64,000 nucleotides of DNA from Vulcanimicrobiota bacterium (lineage in GTDB: Bacteria > Vulcanimicrobiota > Vulcanimicrobiia > Vulcanimicrobiales > Vulcanimicrobiaceae), in the NCBI GenBank assembly GCA_963820825.1, contig CAWGBN010000002.1:347949-411948 (forward strand), read 5' to 3'. Shown here piece by piece: positions 43,900 through 54,147 of the stretch (its first letter is position 1; every line of letters starts with the position of its first letter). Made by a program: the position numbers and the translations under genes. The notes under the pieces are model-generated. The model was not told the origin of the DNA, ran no database searches, and saw nothing but the letters and a program-made list of their open reading frames with translations.

Positions 43900-44583
43900 A
43901 TGTTCCACTTACGTAGGCCGGGATCACCGAATTGGCATGCGATGACGGTCGTCGTCGCGAGCGCGCTGCTCGCCGGTTGTGCGGGCAGCGCCGCTCTCGT
44001 CCCGCAGCAAATAACCGCAATTCCACCCGGTGGGGTCGCTGGACTCGGGGCCGTCCCCAGCGTCGTAGCGCCACCGAAATGCAAAGGCCAAAAGAACACT
44101 AAAGAATATGCGACCGTCGCAAAGCAAACCATGAAGGCCGCCGGCGGCGGATTGTGCGTTCCCGCGTTCGGCGGTTGGGGCGGTGCACTACAGTATCCGA
44201 GCATCAACATGGGTTACACCGTTGCGTTGACCAGCAGCACGAAGGCCTATAAGCCGAGCTTGTTTCCTCCGCCAGGATCGTCCAAACCCATCTACTATCT
44301 CCAGTATACCTTCAACGGCTTCCCGTCGTTCGGCGGAACTCTTCCTAAAGGGAGCCCGCTCGTCAGCGCGCACGTCAGTGCGAAGAAGAAATATACGATT
44401 CAACTCTGGGAGAACGTGATCGTCGGCTGGTCGGAGTTGAGCTCGTGCTACGCGGTCGCGGCGAAATCGAAATACGGTGGCGCGCTCTCGAAAGTCGGCC
44501 AGGTCTTCGCAGGACAGTTCTATCGTGAGACGTCCGGCGTCATCGAGGTCTTCGGCGGGCAGCTCGCAAGCAACCAGTGCTAG
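43900..44583 (+). CDS. Hypothetical lipoprotein
   Basis: GGAGG RBS, lipobox LAGC, four further Cys residues. Confidence 0.75.
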   Translation: MFHLRRPGSPNWHAMTVVVASALLAGCAGSAALVPQQITAIPPGGVAGLGAVPSVVAPPKCKGQKNTKEYATVAKQTMKAAGGGLCVPAFGGWGGALQYPSINMGYTVALTSSTKAYKPSLFPPPGSSKPIYYLQYTFNGFPSFGGTLPKGSPLVSAHVSAKKKYTIQLWENVIVGWSELSSCYAVAAKSKYGGALSKVGQVFAGQFYRETSGVIEVFGGQLASNQC

Positions 44584-44584
44584 C

Positions 44585-45034
44585 GTGGAGGATCCGGGCG
44601 TCGCGCATAGGCAGGAGTTCCTCGGCTTCGATCACGTCGACGCGCGCGTTTCGTCGCTCGCGCTGGTCGAAACATTCTACGATCGTTTGATGCCGCTCTT
44701 GGGGCTTACCCGCAAGCGCACGGCTTTCGTCGATGGCGAAGGCGATTGGCTCGACGCCGGCCCGCTCGGCGAGTACAACGCGATCGAGTACTACACACCG
44801 CCAGTTGCGGGAGCGGCGTCGTACTTCATCGGATTCATCGAGAACCGCGATCACGTTCCACCGCTGACGCGCATCGCGTTTCGCGTTGCGAGTCCCTCAG
44901 CGTGGTTATCGACGCTCGAAGAGCTCGGTGCACGAAACGTCGAGCCGTCGGCCGAAATGTCGGTATATCCGGCGATCTTCTTCGAAGACCCGGCCGGCAC
45001 TAAGCTCGAGCTCGTCGCACGCAAGCCGGAGTAA
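44585..45034 (+). CDS. VOC (glyoxalase/bleomycin-resistance) family protein
   Basis: FDHVDARV, RIAFRV, YPAIFFEDPAGTKLE. Confidence 0.8.
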   Translation: MEDPGVAHRQEFLGFDHVDARVSSLALVETFYDRLMPLLGLTRKRTAFVDGEGDWLDAGPLGEYNAIEYYTPPVAGAASYFIGFIENRDHVPPLTRIAFRVASPSAWLSTLEELGARNVEPSAEMSVYPAIFFEDPAGTKLELVARKPE

Positions 45035-45143
45035 TCACACGAGCCCTCAGGGGGTGGCTCGGTGCAAGGTCGGGTCAACGGCCTCCGCTACCCGATAGGT
45101 GCAACCGTGAGCCTGGCCAAGTAGAGAGCGGAGGTTTTCGACC

Positions 45144-46172
45144 GTGAAGTACTTTGCTATTCTGGCCATTTTGTCGCTGCCCGTCCTGACCGGCTGCGGG
45201 GGGAGGCTTGGTAATCAACTCCCGACGGAAGGCACACCGGCGATGAGCCGAAGCGTAGGCACCGGAACCGCTCCCGATGCGGCAGGCAAAGCCTACTGGA
45301 CGCTGTTCTACTCGCAGCCCAAACCTCAGGTCGAGATCGCAAGCCTTCCGCTGAAAAAGTCTTCCAAGGCGACCGACATTGACGGCAACGGCACGAACCG
45401 GCTCGTCTGTGCGAACGCGCTTCGCTTCGTCGGGTCGAAGCTATGGATCATGAATCTTTCACCGTGCCACGCTTCGGATTTGAGCATCGTGCAAGTCTAT
45501 TCGTTGCCGCTCAAGTCAAACAGCCAACCGGAGAAGACGTTCACGCTCTCCGGACCACTCGATGCCGACCACATGGCTTTCGACGCGTCGGGGAACCTTT
45601 GGGTGCCTTCCTACGGAAACAGTACCGTGTACGAGTACATGGGGCCCTTCACGTCGAGCGGGACACTCGTGCCGGCGACGACCCTCACGATGGGGCTCAA
45701 CGTACCACAAGGCTTGGGCTTTGACTCTAAAGGTAATCTCTACGTTGCCAACACTGGCACCAACGACGGGAAGCAGGCCATCACCGTCTTCAAGGCGCCG
45801 ATCTCCAATCGCAAACCATACTTCTTAAAAGGCGTCGTCGCGCCAAGTGGGCTGGCGTTCGATCACAGCGGCAACCTTTACGTGTCATCGAATGCGGCGG
45901 CGGGTGCAATTGCGCAGTACGCGAGCAATCACCTCAAAGCGGGCGCTTCGCCCAGCGTGGTGGACAAGACGGGGCTCGCGGCGAGTCCGTACGGCGCCGA
46001 TCTCAACTTCGACAGCGCCGGCAATCTCTACGATGCCGACTGCGGCAACTCGCCGGGCATCTACTCGTATCCGACGGCTAATAAGAAATTCACCTCCACG
46101 CTCGCACCCACGTTCTACACGAATTCGACGATCAAATCGATCGGTTGCGTCTGGGGAGTCGCCACCCTCTAA
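45144..46172 (+). CDS. Lipoprotein with NHL/SMP-30-like propeller repeats
   Basis: Lipobox LTGC; four F-D-x-x-G-N-L-[WY] repeats. Confidence 0.85.
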   Translation: MKYFAILAILSLPVLTGCGGRLGNQLPTEGTPAMSRSVGTGTAPDAAGKAYWTLFYSQPKPQVEIASLPLKKSSKATDIDGNGTNRLVCANALRFVGSKLWIMNLSPCHASDLSIVQVYSLPLKSNSQPEKTFTLSGPLDADHMAFDASGNLWVPSYGNSTVYEYMGPFTSSGTLVPATTLTMGLNVPQGLGFDSKGNLYVANTGTNDGKQAITVFKAPISNRKPYFLKGVVAPSGLAFDHSGNLYVSSNAAAGAIAQYASNHLKAGASPSVVDKTGLAASPYGADLNFDSAGNLYDADCGNSPGIYSYPTANKKFTSTLAPTFYTNSTIKSIGCVWGVATL

Positions 46173-46175
46173 GGG

Positions 46176-47531
46176 TTACTCGTAATCGGGCGCTTGGTAC
46201 TGACCGTATTGGTGCACGAAGAACTTCGCAGGTTCCGGCGCTTTGATCTTCACGAACGGGTGCGGCTGCTGCGAAAAGTCGAAGCAATCGCCCGCGGGAG
46301 AGGTCGCGCGCTTGTCGGCCGCCGCGAGTTGAGCGAGGCCGAATAAGTCCTCGGCGAAGCGCAGAACGCTCGCCGTTTCGTACTGCACGTGCGAGACGTA
46401 GTTTGGCTTGGCATACGGCGAGAGCACGATCAAGGGAACGCGGAACCCGAGGCCATCGTAGTCCTTGAAGGGCGGCGGGACGTGGTCGTAGAGACCGCCC
46501 CAGTCGTCCCATTGAATGAATATCGCGGTCGAATCCCAGAACTTGCTCTTGCCGACGGCATTCACCAGTGCCGCAACCCATGAGGGCCCGTAGCCGCCAC
46601 CGCAACCCACGTGATCGGAATCGTCGCATACAGGCGTAATCCAGGTAAAGCTCGCGAGTTTGCCCGCGCGGACGTCGGTAATGAACCTCCAATTCGGCGA
46701 GCGCACGTTCTTCCAATCGGGCCCGTAAAAGATGTGTTTGACGGCCTGATAGCTCGACCAATAACTTGCGTCGCCGCTGGAGCGGCTCCCGTATGCGCTT
46801 GCGTAGAAGCGCCATGAAAGTTTGGCGTTATCGAGTTCGTCGCCGAGCGTCTGATAGTCGAAGCACGCCGGCTGCTGGTCGCCGTAGGTCCGCTTATGCG
46901 TGATCGTCGAGACGGTATCGCCCGAACCGCCGGAGCAGCCCCACGCTCCATACGGAAGATCGACGCTCGAGGCGGCCTGAGCCGCGATGATGTATTGATG
47001 GCTCACGAAACTCTCATCGAGGTGCGACTGGAACATTCGGTCGGCTAAGGCGCCTTCATGCGCCATGTCGAAGTACGGCTTTGAGTCGTCGTGGGGAACG
47101 TACACATACATCGGGTACTTGATTCCGCGCGGACCGCTTCCGAAATACTCCTTGTTGAATCCGTCCATCCGGCAGTGCGTTCCGGGAAGCTCGCCGGTTC
47201 CGCGGCAAGCGGCGAACATCGCGGCCGCCGAGTGGTCGATCTCATACGGTGTCTCCGAGAGTCGAACCGGCTGCAGCTTGATCGTTTGCCCCCGCGAATC
47301 TTTGCCGCTCGAGACCGTGTCCGCGTGAGGATAGCCTTGGAAGAGATTATCGAAGCTGCGGTTCTCTTGAACGATGTAGACGACGTGCTGGATCTTGCCT
47401 GCGCCGGTTACATTCAGCGCGTGCAGCGGCGCCGCATCGATCATGTACGGCAATATGGAGGTGTCGCCCTGAGCCCGTCGAGGGCCGAACGAGCATCCGG
47501 CCAGCGCGCAGACGCTGCCGATCGCAACCAA
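46176..47531 (-). CDS. Phosphoesterase / phospholipase C (PlcN/AcpA) family lipoprotein
   Basis: IQHVVYIVQENRSFDN, SHQY, WDDWGG.YDHV, GFRVPLIVLSPYAK. Confidence 0.9.
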   Translation of the reverse strand: MVAIGSVCALAGCSFGPRRAQGDTSILPYMIDAAPLHALNVTGAGKIQHVVYIVQENRSFDNLFQGYPHADTVSSGKDSRGQTIKLQPVRLSETPYEIDHSAAAMFAACRGTGELPGTHCRMDGFNKEYFGSGPRGIKYPMYVYVPHDDSKPYFDMAHEGALADRMFQSHLDESFVSHQYIIAAQAASSVDLPYGAWGCSGGSGDTVSTITHKRTYGDQQPACFDYQTLGDELDNAKLSWRFYASAYGSRSSGDASYWSSYQAVKHIFYGPDWKNVRSPNWRFITDVRAGKLASFTWITPVCDDSDHVGCGGGYGPSWVAALVNAVGKSKFWDSTAIFIQWDDWGGLYDHVPPPFKDYDGLGFRVPLIVLSPYAKPNYVSHVQYETASVLRFAEDLFGLAQLAAADKRATSPAGDCFDFSQQPHPFVKIKAPEPAKFFVHQYGQYQAPDYE

Positions 47532-47571
47532 TCGAGAAACGAACGACGTCGTCAGCGAGCCCCTTTTGGCA

Positions 47572-48999
47572 TTAATTAGTGTCGACCGGCCGGTAATCCG
47601 GGGGTTGATGCAAGAAGTAACGCTCGCCGTACTTCGATCCGATCGGAACGAACTTACGCGGCCGCTTCGAGAAATCGAAGCAATCCGCTGCGGGCGACGT
47701 TGCGCGCGTATCGCTTGCCGCTAACTGTCCCAGTCCGAAACGGTCCTCGATGAACCGTAGGATGCTGCCGTGCTCGTAGTGCACGTGCGAGACCCAGCCC
47801 TTCTTTGCGTACGGCGAAACGATCAGCATTGGGATCCGCATGCCCAGACCGTCGTAGTCGACGTAGGCGGGCGGCTCCGGATCGTACAAGCCGCCGGGAT
47901 CGTCCCAGAATATGAAGATCGCCGTCGAGTTCCAGAAGGGCGACTCGCCGATCGCGTTGACGAGCGAGGTCACCCACGACGGCCCCGTATCGGAATTGCA
48001 GCCCGGGTGATCCGAATTCGCACACGTCGGGGTGATCCACGTGACGTCTCGAAGCGTGCCGCCGGCGACGTCGGTCAAGAACTGACTCGGCGGAGTGATG
48101 ACGTCGCTACTCCAGTCGGGGCCGTAACAGATGTGTCTGATCGCCTGGTACGAGCTCCAGATACCGCGCTCCGCGTAGGCATGCTTAACGCCCGTTCCGC
48201 ACGTCGTTCCTCCCGGACCAACCTTTCCAAGAGGATTTGCGTAAAAGGCCCAACTCAGCCCCGCCGCATCCAGTTCGTCGCCCAGCGTCTGATAATCGAA
48301 GCAATCTACGACCGCTCCGCCGTAGCCGCGCGGCGGATTCGTCGTGATCGTCGGTATCGTATCGTACGAGCCGCCGGGACAGCCCCAGTTTGCGACCGGA
48401 TAGTTCGTCGTCTGCGCCGCTTGCGCGGCGATGATATATTGATGCGAAACGTAACTGCTGATGTCGAAGTTCGAGGCGTACATCTCGTCGGCAACGACGT
48501 ATTGCTTGCCCATCGTGAAGTACGGCGTAATTTCCGAATGCGGCACGTAGCTATAGGCTGGATATTTTACCGGACATGCGGGGTAGCCCGGCTGCCCGCA
48601 TTGCGCCGTGACCTTATCGAAGCCGTTCATCTGGCAGTTCGTGCCCGGAATCGATCCCGTGCCGTTGCAGGCCGCATAGAACGCCTGCGAGTTGTGCGAG
48701 AGATCCCAGGTCGTCGCTAAATCGACGGGTTTGATCTTGACCTGCTTATTCTTGCTATTGTAACCATACGTCGCCGTCGTCGCGCCCGGGAAGCCGTAAA
48801 AGAGATTATTGAAGCTACGGTTCTCCTGGACGACGATGACGACGTGATCGATCTTGTCGATTGGATCGCTGAGCCGCCCAGCGCGTACGAGCTCGCGCGG
48901 CGAACCCGGTACCGTTGCAAAATCGCCGCCGCATCCCGCTAGAACTGCAGTACCGATGACGATCGCCAACGACCGGCGCCCAAACCAAACGCGATTCAT
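47572..48999 (-). CDS. Phosphoesterase / phospholipase C family lipoprotein (paralogue)
   Basis: IDHVVIVVQENRSFNN, SHQY, WDDPGGLYD, GMRIPMLIVSPYAK. Confidence 0.9.
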   Translation of the reverse strand: MNRVWFGRRSLAIVIGTAVLAGCGGDFATVPGSPRELVRAGRLSDPIDKIDHVVIVVQENRSFNNLFYGFPGATTATYGYNSKNKQVKIKPVDLATTWDLSHNSQAFYAACNGTGSIPGTNCQMNGFDKVTAQCGQPGYPACPVKYPAYSYVPHSEITPYFTMGKQYVVADEMYASNFDISSYVSHQYIIAAQAAQTTNYPVANWGCPGGSYDTIPTITTNPPRGYGGAVVDCFDYQTLGDELDAAGLSWAFYANPLGKVGPGGTTCGTGVKHAYAERGIWSSYQAIRHICYGPDWSSDVITPPSQFLTDVAGGTLRDVTWITPTCANSDHPGCNSDTGPSWVTSLVNAIGESPFWNSTAIFIFWDDPGGLYDPEPPAYVDYDGLGMRIPMLIVSPYAKKGWVSHVHYEHGSILRFIEDRFGLGQLAASDTRATSPAADCFDFSKRPRKFVPIGSKYGERYFLHQPPDYRPVDTN

Positions 49000-49162
49000 G
49001 GCCGATAGTTATCGTCCACTCAGATAATAACCTATACCCCGCACCGCTGATCGCCGCCCGGGCAGGACGATCGGGCGTGCCAGGCGCGGGACTGGGAAGA
49101 GTGCCCTGATGAGATGCCGTCAGTTCGCCGGCATGACCCACTGCTTCGCAATCGGGCGCGCT

Positions 49163-49756
49163 TTAGAACTCTGGGGCTAAGTCGGTGTAGATCGAGATAG
49201 CCGAAACGCGCTGGCCGTCCACGACGATCGTCACCGTTTGTGGCAGCGAGACCTTCTTCTTTGGCGACCCCACCGTCTCACCCGGCACGGTCGAGCTATA
49301 CTCCACGACAAAGTGGCTCGCGGTCTTTTTGGGACCGCCGCCATAGATCGATCGGACGGTCTCGTAACTGCTTCCGATGTGCAATCCGAGCCTCGTCGAG
49401 TAGCCCGAAAGATCGGCGTTCGGTACTGTGACCGAAGGCGCGGGCGCTCGGAAGAGCGCGATACTGCACTGATCGGTGGTCGCGGTCGCGAACGCGATGT
49501 TGTGCGTGCGATCGTACATCAGCAGTTGCCAAACGCCCGCAAGTCCCGGCCGGCCTTCCTCGTAGCGGCACCTCATGCTCTGCGGCTTTCCGGGAAGCAG
49601 CTCGGGCTTCAACATCTTGATCGTGGTACTTTCGGTGTTGTAGGCCGTTGCGCGTATGAACCAAGCGGTGAGCGCATCGGATGCGCCCGCAGCCCCCTGA
49701 GACGAGACCGCACACGCGATGACGGCCAGCGCCATACCCAAAATCCGACCCTTCAT
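49163..49756 (-). CDS. Hypothetical secreted protein
   Basis: GAGGAG RBS and ATG at 49756, signal peptide, TRLGLHIGSSYETVRSIYG motif. Confidence 0.7.
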   Translation of the reverse strand: MKGRILGMALAVIACAVSSQGAAGASDALTAWFIRATAYNTESTTIKMLKPELLPGKPQSMRCRYEEGRPGLAGVWQLLMYDRTHNIAFATATTDQCSIALFRAPAPSVTVPNADLSGYSTRLGLHIGSSYETVRSIYGGGPKKTASHFVVEYSSTVPGETVGSPKKKVSLPQTVTIVVDGQRVSAISIYTDLAPEF

Positions 49757-49877
49757 CTGGCTCTCCTCATGCGACCCGCGATTTCGGCAATCGAGAATCG
49801 CCACCCCCTGTTTTAGTCGGTCGGTCGGAGTATAATGGTTTCGAGCCCGAACCACAGCTACTACAAGGAGTATCGAT

Positions 49878-50822
49878 ATGCGACTACGTTCTGGCATGGT
49901 CCTAATGGCTGTCGGCGCTGTCTTGTTGGGGACAAGTTTGGCGCTTTTGAGCGCCGGCGGCGTTTCGGCGTCAACTGCGCTTGCCGATCAAATTCAACGC
50001 GACGCGAGTTGCCACTCGGGTGGTTATTGCCTCATTGAATCTAACGGCGGGGGCGGCGGGGCCATCAAAGGCACCAGCGGAGGAAGATCCGCGGCTGCCG
50101 CAATTTTCGGTCAGGGACGTGGCTTTGACAGCTTTGGCGTCGAGGGGCAAAGCACCGGCTCGGGAGGGACCGGCGTCTATGGTCTCTCGACCACTGTTTC
50201 CGACGGCGTTGGCGTTTACGGCGTCGGTGCGGGCGAAGCCCTTTTGGCATACAACCCAAGCTGTTGCAACACGTTCTCGTATGGACTCTTCTCCTCCGTG
50301 AACGATCCCAGCAGCTTTCCAATCTACACGTACGGTGCCGGCACCTCGGCGGGATCGTTTAGCGTCGACGCGGCCGGCGACGGCACGTTTGACGGAGCCG
50401 TCACTGCCTTTGGCGGATACTACACGGCCGTTCCGACTCGTGAAGGCGTCCAGGTAAGAGCGAGCGCGCCGGTCGCGCCGCGCGGAACGATCGAAGATAC
50501 GGGCACCGCGCGGCTGAACGGCGGCGTTGGCGTCGTCCGTCTGGCGCGGGACTTCGCAAGCATGATTGACACGGGCCGGGATTACCAGGTCTTCATCACG
50601 CCGGACGGGGATACGCGCGGCTGGCTTTACGTCGCAACGAAGTACCAAGGGGGCTTCGTCGTTCGCGAGGCCGAGCGCGGGCGTTCTTCAACGTATTTCG
50701 ACTATCGCGTGGTCGCGCACATTGCCGGTTCGCCCGAGGAACGGTTCCCCATTCTCCATCTGAATCGACCGCGTCGTCCGCACCTGCCTGCGTATCTGCA
50801 GCACCCGCCGAACGGCGACTAA
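49878..50822 (+). CDS. Secreted Gly-rich repeat protein with fibre-like C-terminal domain
   Basis: AAGGAG RBS, signal peptide, GV.G repeats, then EDTGTARL..G...V.L...F, YQVFITP.GD, FDYRVVA. Confidence 0.7.
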   Translation: MRLRSGMVLMAVGAVLLGTSLALLSAGGVSASTALADQIQRDASCHSGGYCLIESNGGGGGAIKGTSGGRSAAAAIFGQGRGFDSFGVEGQSTGSGGTGVYGLSTTVSDGVGVYGVGAGEALLAYNPSCCNTFSYGLFSSVNDPSSFPIYTYGAGTSAGSFSVDAAGDGTFDGAVTAFGGYYTAVPTREGVQVRASAPVAPRGTIEDTGTARLNGGVGVVRLARDFASMIDTGRDYQVFITPDGDTRGWLYVATKYQGGFVVREAERGRSSTYFDYRVVAHIAGSPEERFPILHLNRPRRPHLPAYLQHPPNGD

Positions 50823-50844
50823 CGCTCCAAACCCGCTGTTTTAC

Positions 50845-50870
50845 GAGGGCTCGCTACGGCGAGCCCTCTT
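50845..50870. terminator. Hairpin between convergent genes
   Basis: GAGGGCTCGC-TACG-GCGAGCCCTC-TT. Confidence 0.75.
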
Positions 50871-50871
50871 C

Positions 50872-51807
50872 TTATTTTTGGGCAAAGCTGACCACCGCCG
50901 AGTAGGCGTTGTTCGGCCTGATAAGCTTCGTCTTTTCGCCGCCCGCCGGATACTTGAAGAAGCCGACCAGACCGATCGTCGAGACGACCCGCCGGCCCTG
51001 TCTGGTGCCCTTGGTAACTACGAAGTAATTATGGGCGTTCCACTGGTGGCCGGACCAAGAGAGCCTCGTCGTTCCGATGACGTCGGCTTTGGAGCCCTTG
51101 ATGCGCAGCCGATAAATCTTATTGTCGGCTCCGATGGTAAGGTAAGTCCCATCGTACTGCACGCCGCTGGCGCCGCCGGTAACGCTTGTCGCGATCTGCT
51201 TCAGGGACGCACCACTCCGCGGCAGTTCGAAAAGCGCTAAATGGGTCTTGCCCTCATGCCGCGCGTAACCTTCGATGAAGAGGTTGCCAGCGTTGTCGTA
51301 GCCACACCACACCGGGCTGTTGAAGTTCCGGGCTGTGTAATACTGCGTCTCGCCGGTAGCTTTGTCCCAGACCCAAATGAAGCCATGACCTCCATACGGA
51401 CTGCTAGCGATGGGATTCGCCACTGCGAGATTTCCGGTCGTCGGGTCGACCGCGCACCCCACCGGCGAGCTATATACGTTCCAGGACTTAATGGGCTTGG
51501 CGCTGCCGTGCGGATACTCGACGGTCGCGCCGTAACTAAAGTTGACATACACGTTGCCGGTCGAATCGACACACGCACCGTTGGCATACCCCGAGCCGGC
51601 TCCGTAGAACGATCGCACCGGTTCGCCTCTGGGGTACGTGTAGACGTCGATGGAACTGTCATCGGTTACGTAGAGCAGATCCTGCTTCGCATGCAGCTCC
51701 GGCGACGCGCCGTGCACGGCCTCATGAAAAGCGGATGAGCCGACCGGCGAGAGCGAACCTCCGCCGCACCCTGAAAGAAAAACAATAGCTCCCATCGCCC
51801 ACTTCAC
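50872..51807 (-). CDS. Lipoprotein, beta-propeller
   Basis: Probable GTG at 51807, lipobox LSGC, LLYV, CVDSTGNVYV, CAVDPTTGNLAV, GVQYDG.YL. Confidence 0.8.
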   Translation of the reverse strand: MKWAMGAIVFLSGCGGGSLSPVGSSAFHEAVHGASPELHAKQDLLYVTDDSSIDVYTYPRGEPVRSFYGAGSGYANGACVDSTGNVYVNFSYGATVEYPHGSAKPIKSWNVYSSPVGCAVDPTTGNLAVANPIASSPYGGHGFIWVWDKATGETQYYTARNFNSPVWCGYDNAGNLFIEGYARHEGKTHLALFELPRSGASLKQIATSVTGGASGVQYDGTYLTIGADNKIYRLRIKGSKADVIGTTRLSWSGHQWNAHNYFVVTKGTRQGRRVVSTIGLVGFFKYPAGGEKTKLIRPNNAYSAVVSFAQK

Positions 51808-52013
51808 GGCGCCATTATAACATGCCGGAGAATTCGAGCCACCGCATATTCCCGCAGCCTTTCCGCCCGCCGGCATCCGGGTCGCCAAAAGGCCTGACGG
51901 GCGTCCTTTTTGAACCTCTCACCGTGGCGGTTGGGAAGCGCTCCCGAGCGGAACGATCGAGCAGTGCGGCGGCCACGGATTCAAATAGCAGCAATGAATA
52001 GGAGCAGACTCGG

Positions 52014-52409
52014 ATGAACCGCTTTCCCCTTCTCGTCATCGCCTTCGCAATCGCTCTCCTCGGTCCGGCTTCAGCGGGAACATTTTACCGCTTTGGTGCG
52101 CCGGTCGCGACGAGCGTTAGCATTGCGGGCCTCGTCGCCGACAACGGCGCGATTATTAACGGTAAGCGATTTTCCGTACAGCACCTTAACACGGGCCATT
52201 ACCTCATTGAATTCGATCCTGGAGTTTTTCCGTCGGGATGTGCGGCAATGGTAGTCGAAGGCTACGAGCACGTTATCGCCAGCGAAGTGTTCATGTACCC
52301 CACCGATTGCCGCCACACCGAATGGCACGTGGGCATCAGGGACCCCAAGACGCACGAACTCATGGATGCCAATTTCCAGTTCATCGCGGTGGAGGAACCG
52401 CGGCACTAA
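52014..52409 (+). CDS. Small secreted hypothetical protein
   Basis: AGGAG RBS, signal peptide, beta-rich body ending FQFIAVE. Confidence 0.7.
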   Translation: MNRFPLLVIAFAIALLGPASAGTFYRFGAPVATSVSIAGLVADNGAIINGKRFSVQHLNTGHYLIEFDPGVFPSGCAAMVVEGYEHVIASEVFMYPTDCRHTEWHVGIRDPKTHELMDANFQFIAVEEPRH

Positions 52410-52592
52410 ACGGCTTCCGACGCTCAGCTTAAAAACGCATAACGCGCCCAATGAACTTGAAACTGACCGCTTGCGGCTAAGCAAAACGCACCCCAAACCG
52501 ACAGTGAAGCAGCCAGATGCGGGACTTGTACGGAGGCGGTACGCAACGGGCAGTAAGGCACCCGGCGTAAGCCGAACGTAAAGCGGCCGGAG

Positions 52593-53642
52593 GTGACAAG
52601 CGTGTCTCGTTTGAGTCGGTGGAGCTTTCCATGGATCGTCGTAAGCGCCCTTTGCGCAGGCTGCGGTACAAATGCTATAACCGTCCCACAGCCCTCGAGT
52701 TCTCCGTCGCCGCCGAACGTGCTTAGTCGCGGCACGGTTGCGGTGATCGAGCGCAGTTCCACCGTCACGCGCGTCTTGGTCTTTCCGCCGCACAGCGACA
52801 AGTTCACCCGCGAAATTCCGATCCATGGTTCGCACCTCATCGCCAACTCGCTTGCGTTTGACCGGCGAGGTCACTTGTACGTCGGTATCAACGACGCGTC
52901 TCGCAACGGCCGGTACCACATCGTCGAGTTCAACCTTCGAGATTGGAAGGTCGTCCGCGAGATAAATGACATTCCGCAATGGTCCCACAGTTCGATCGCC
53001 ATCGACGACCAAAGCGTTCTCTATGTCAACACGAAGGCGTTTGTCGGCGGCGACGTCAAGCTTTTCCGCCGAGGAGACACAAAGCCGTGGATCGAGATCA
53101 AAGATCACCGTAGCCCGGTGACGATGCTCCTCGCCCGTGAGTCTCTCTGGGTGGGATACGAAGGAGCGCTAGCCGATGCGTTGGCGGGATATCGTTTACG
53201 CTCCACGGACCGGACCTGGTTCCAGACCGTCGGCGCGAATTTGCCACTCAAGCTCGCGGTAAATCCGGAAGCTTCGTTGATTGCAGCGAAGTTGCGGGGA
53301 AAGTCAAAAAACACCATTGAAGCGATCGACGTTCAGTCGGGTAAACGCGCGCGCCTTCTGGACGGTACCGGCGTAGAAGCAATGGTGAGCGACGACTCGG
53401 GCCACCTCTACATCGCGCAACTCCAGGGCATCATTCACCGTTGCAGTTTCCAAAGTTGTTCGCATTCGTTCGACACCGGTTCCACAGTTCTGGCGCTCGC
53501 ACTCAGTCCACTCGATGGGATGCTCTATGTTGCGGCAAACGGCAAACCAAGCATACAAGTTTACGACCCGCAAACCGGCAGCCGGGTGATGTATATCCCG
53601 ATCCACGGCGGCTTTCCGAGCCGCCTCGCCATCGAGCCGTAA
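52593..53642 (+). CDS. Lipoprotein, beta-propeller
   Basis: GGAGG RBS, CAGC lipobox, LAFDRRGHLYV, SDDSGHLYIA, DGMLYVA. Confidence 0.78.
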   Translation: MTSVSRLSRWSFPWIVVSALCAGCGTNAITVPQPSSSPSPPNVLSRGTVAVIERSSTVTRVLVFPPHSDKFTREIPIHGSHLIANSLAFDRRGHLYVGINDASRNGRYHIVEFNLRDWKVVREINDIPQWSHSSIAIDDQSVLYVNTKAFVGGDVKLFRRGDTKPWIEIKDHRSPVTMLLARESLWVGYEGALADALAGYRLRSTDRTWFQTVGANLPLKLAVNPEASLIAAKLRGKSKNTIEAIDVQSGKRARLLDGTGVEAMVSDDSGHLYIAQLQGIIHRCSFQSCSHSFDTGSTVLALALSPLDGMLYVAANGKPSIQVYDPQTGSRVMYIPIHGGFPSRLAIEP

Positions 53643-53716
53643 GCGATTGGCACGACCCTCGTACGTGGAATCCGCGTCCGAAAGCCCTTAAAACAAGACA
53701 AACCGACTTTTTAGGC

Positions 53717-53790
53717 TGGCCGGGAGTCGAATCCAAGCCCGGGGATTCCAGCCGATGCCGCCCGTTACCGAAAAGTGTTATTCTGTAACG
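53717..53790 (+). repeat. Copy A of a 74-bp imperfect direct repeat (att-like)
   Basis: Ungapped hand alignment to 55461-55534 gives 55/74 identities, including an identical TGGCCGGGAGTCGAA. Confidence 0.85.
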
Positions 53791-53814
53791 CTATTCCGCC
53801 GCACTTATCCCCAA

Positions 53815-54020
53815 CAAGTTTCACAAGCGACACACCGTCGCTCGATCCATCGAGCAGATCGGCTCCAGCTTGCAACGCGAGGCGCGTTTTGCCGACACTA
53901 CCCGTACCGATGAGCGTCGCGGACGAGGGCTTCGATCTCGGCCAGCACGTCTTCGCGACCGATGAGCGGTGTGGCTTGCCTTGGCAAGATTGTTGGGTAG
54001 TGATCCGAGAGACGCAAGCG
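53815..54020 (-). pseudogene. Fragment of a STAND/P-loop ATPase
   Basis: LPRQATPLIGREDVLAEIEAL, then frameshifted TLIGTGSVGKTRLALQ..ADLLDG..DGV. Confidence 0.7.
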
Positions 54021-54131
54021 GGCCGCGGCCGATGCGGAGATCGCGTCATGCTCATCTTTGAAAGCCGGATCGATTTCCGATAGCCTTACCGCGCTCTCAG
54101 GCGGAACCTTGAAAAGATCGCTATACTTCAT
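54020..54131 (-). pseudogene. N-terminal fragment resembling a polyphosphate kinase 2 family protein
   Basis: MKYSDLFKVPPESAVRLSEIDPAFKDEH resembles PPK2 N-termini as I recall them; short match only. Confidence 0.45.
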
Positions 54132-54147
54132 CTGACCTGATTTAGGT

